Below, piece by piece: positions 63,101 through 64,000 of a stretch of DNA of 64,000 nucleotides (position 1 is its first letter; the number at the start of each line of letters is the position of its first letter). Both the position numbers and the translations under genes were made by a program. Origin of the DNA: Vicugna vicugna (taxonomy: Eukaryota). The notes below the pieces were generated by a model. That model saw nothing but the letters and a program-made list of their open reading frames with translations, searched no databases and was not told the origin of the DNA. The DNA is taken from assembly GCA_013265495.1 (NCBI GenBank), contig MU058844.1, forward strand, positions 5,372,344 through 5,436,343, given 5' to 3'.

Positions 63101-64000
63101 GTTGTCAGAGAAATATATTCTGAGGAGAGCAGCTATTATAAAATATAGAATGCCATGAAAAAGTATATTAAAGTTTATAACTCCAAAAGCATGACTTAAT
63201 TAAGAATTGTAGTCTGCAGCAGTTATGTAGCAAACCTTGACTTTTTTCAATTTTCCAGACTGATGATGCATTGCAGGAGAGAAAGTCTGGCAAGGGTTGT
63301 CCTGCTGACTTTGAAATTCTTACAGCATTGTCAGTATTTTAAAATATTTTTAATTTCCCAATTTTGAAAAATAGTATAGTGTTAAAATACATGATCCACA
63401 ATATATTAGGTAGAAGTTTTGATGTGTGTAAATTATCAACACCCTTAGATGTATTATAAATCTGTTGCTCTATCATAGGACCTTTTGTTCAGTGTTTTAA
63501 AAGAATCTATAAATAATGACCCTTATATTTAAATGACATCAGATTTCCAGTTAAATATCACTACTTCCTTTAGTCTGGTTCTTGGTCAAGGATAAGCTTA
63601 AAGATATCCAATTTAATTTTATGTTCAAAATACATGTTCTTGGGTGGGTTCACAACGTCTACATGCTTTGCTCTCTTCTAAAGGAAAAGTGATGTATAGC
63701 ATATATATCTGCACCCATATAGCATATGTAAATCTGTATCTGAACACCCACACATATTCTATTGAGATTTTAGATTTTGTCCAATATTGCATAAATCAAT
63801 TTAAAATAATTATCTAAACTCTAAATAAAGTGGTTGAGTTCAAAATATGTCTTATAAACACCCATTACATAAAAGATTTTCTGTTAATAACTAGAAATAA
63901 AATGCTCAATGATGTTTGCCCCTCCCATCAAGACCTTAGAGCTTACTGAGTAAACAGAATCTCTAAATAGATTATTTCAAGAAAGTAAAAAACTAATATA

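Noticed and set aside
1..64000. CRISPR arrays, operons, prokaryotic defence systems, non-retroviral viral insertions or NUMTs
   Set aside because: The sequence is mammalian. I saw no regularly spaced repeat-spacer structure and no viral or mitochondrial similarity, though a translated search would be needed to exclude very decayed inserts.

Overview
AT-rich, CpG-poor mammalian non-coding DNA (intronic or gene-desert-like). It is most likely from a camelid, judged from a camelid-type tRNA-derived SINE at ~41.4 kb and matching L1 3' ends. I recognise no host protein-coding exon, true RNA gene or CRISPR array. The only long ORF (5253-7502, minus strand) is part of LINE-1 ORF2. It lies in a young insertion with a perfect 17-bp target-site duplication and a (TAAA)14 tail. 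Unusually, the insertion is truncated at both ends, with the tail joined directly to the middle of ORF2. There is also a 5'-truncated processed pseudogene of polyubiquitin UBB (~17.27-17.60 kb), an orphan L1 5'UTR (~32.0-32.9 kb) and several other L1 fragments, two of them lacking normal TPRT hallmarks. The rest is a typical eutherian background of L2, MIR, MaLR/ERV LTRs and hAT/Tigger fossils, with repeat-poor islands that may be conserved enhancers. Repeat family names come from my recall of consensus sequences, not from a search, and boundaries of old repeats are approximate. I found no well-supported new biological system. The best leads are the non-canonical L1 structures.
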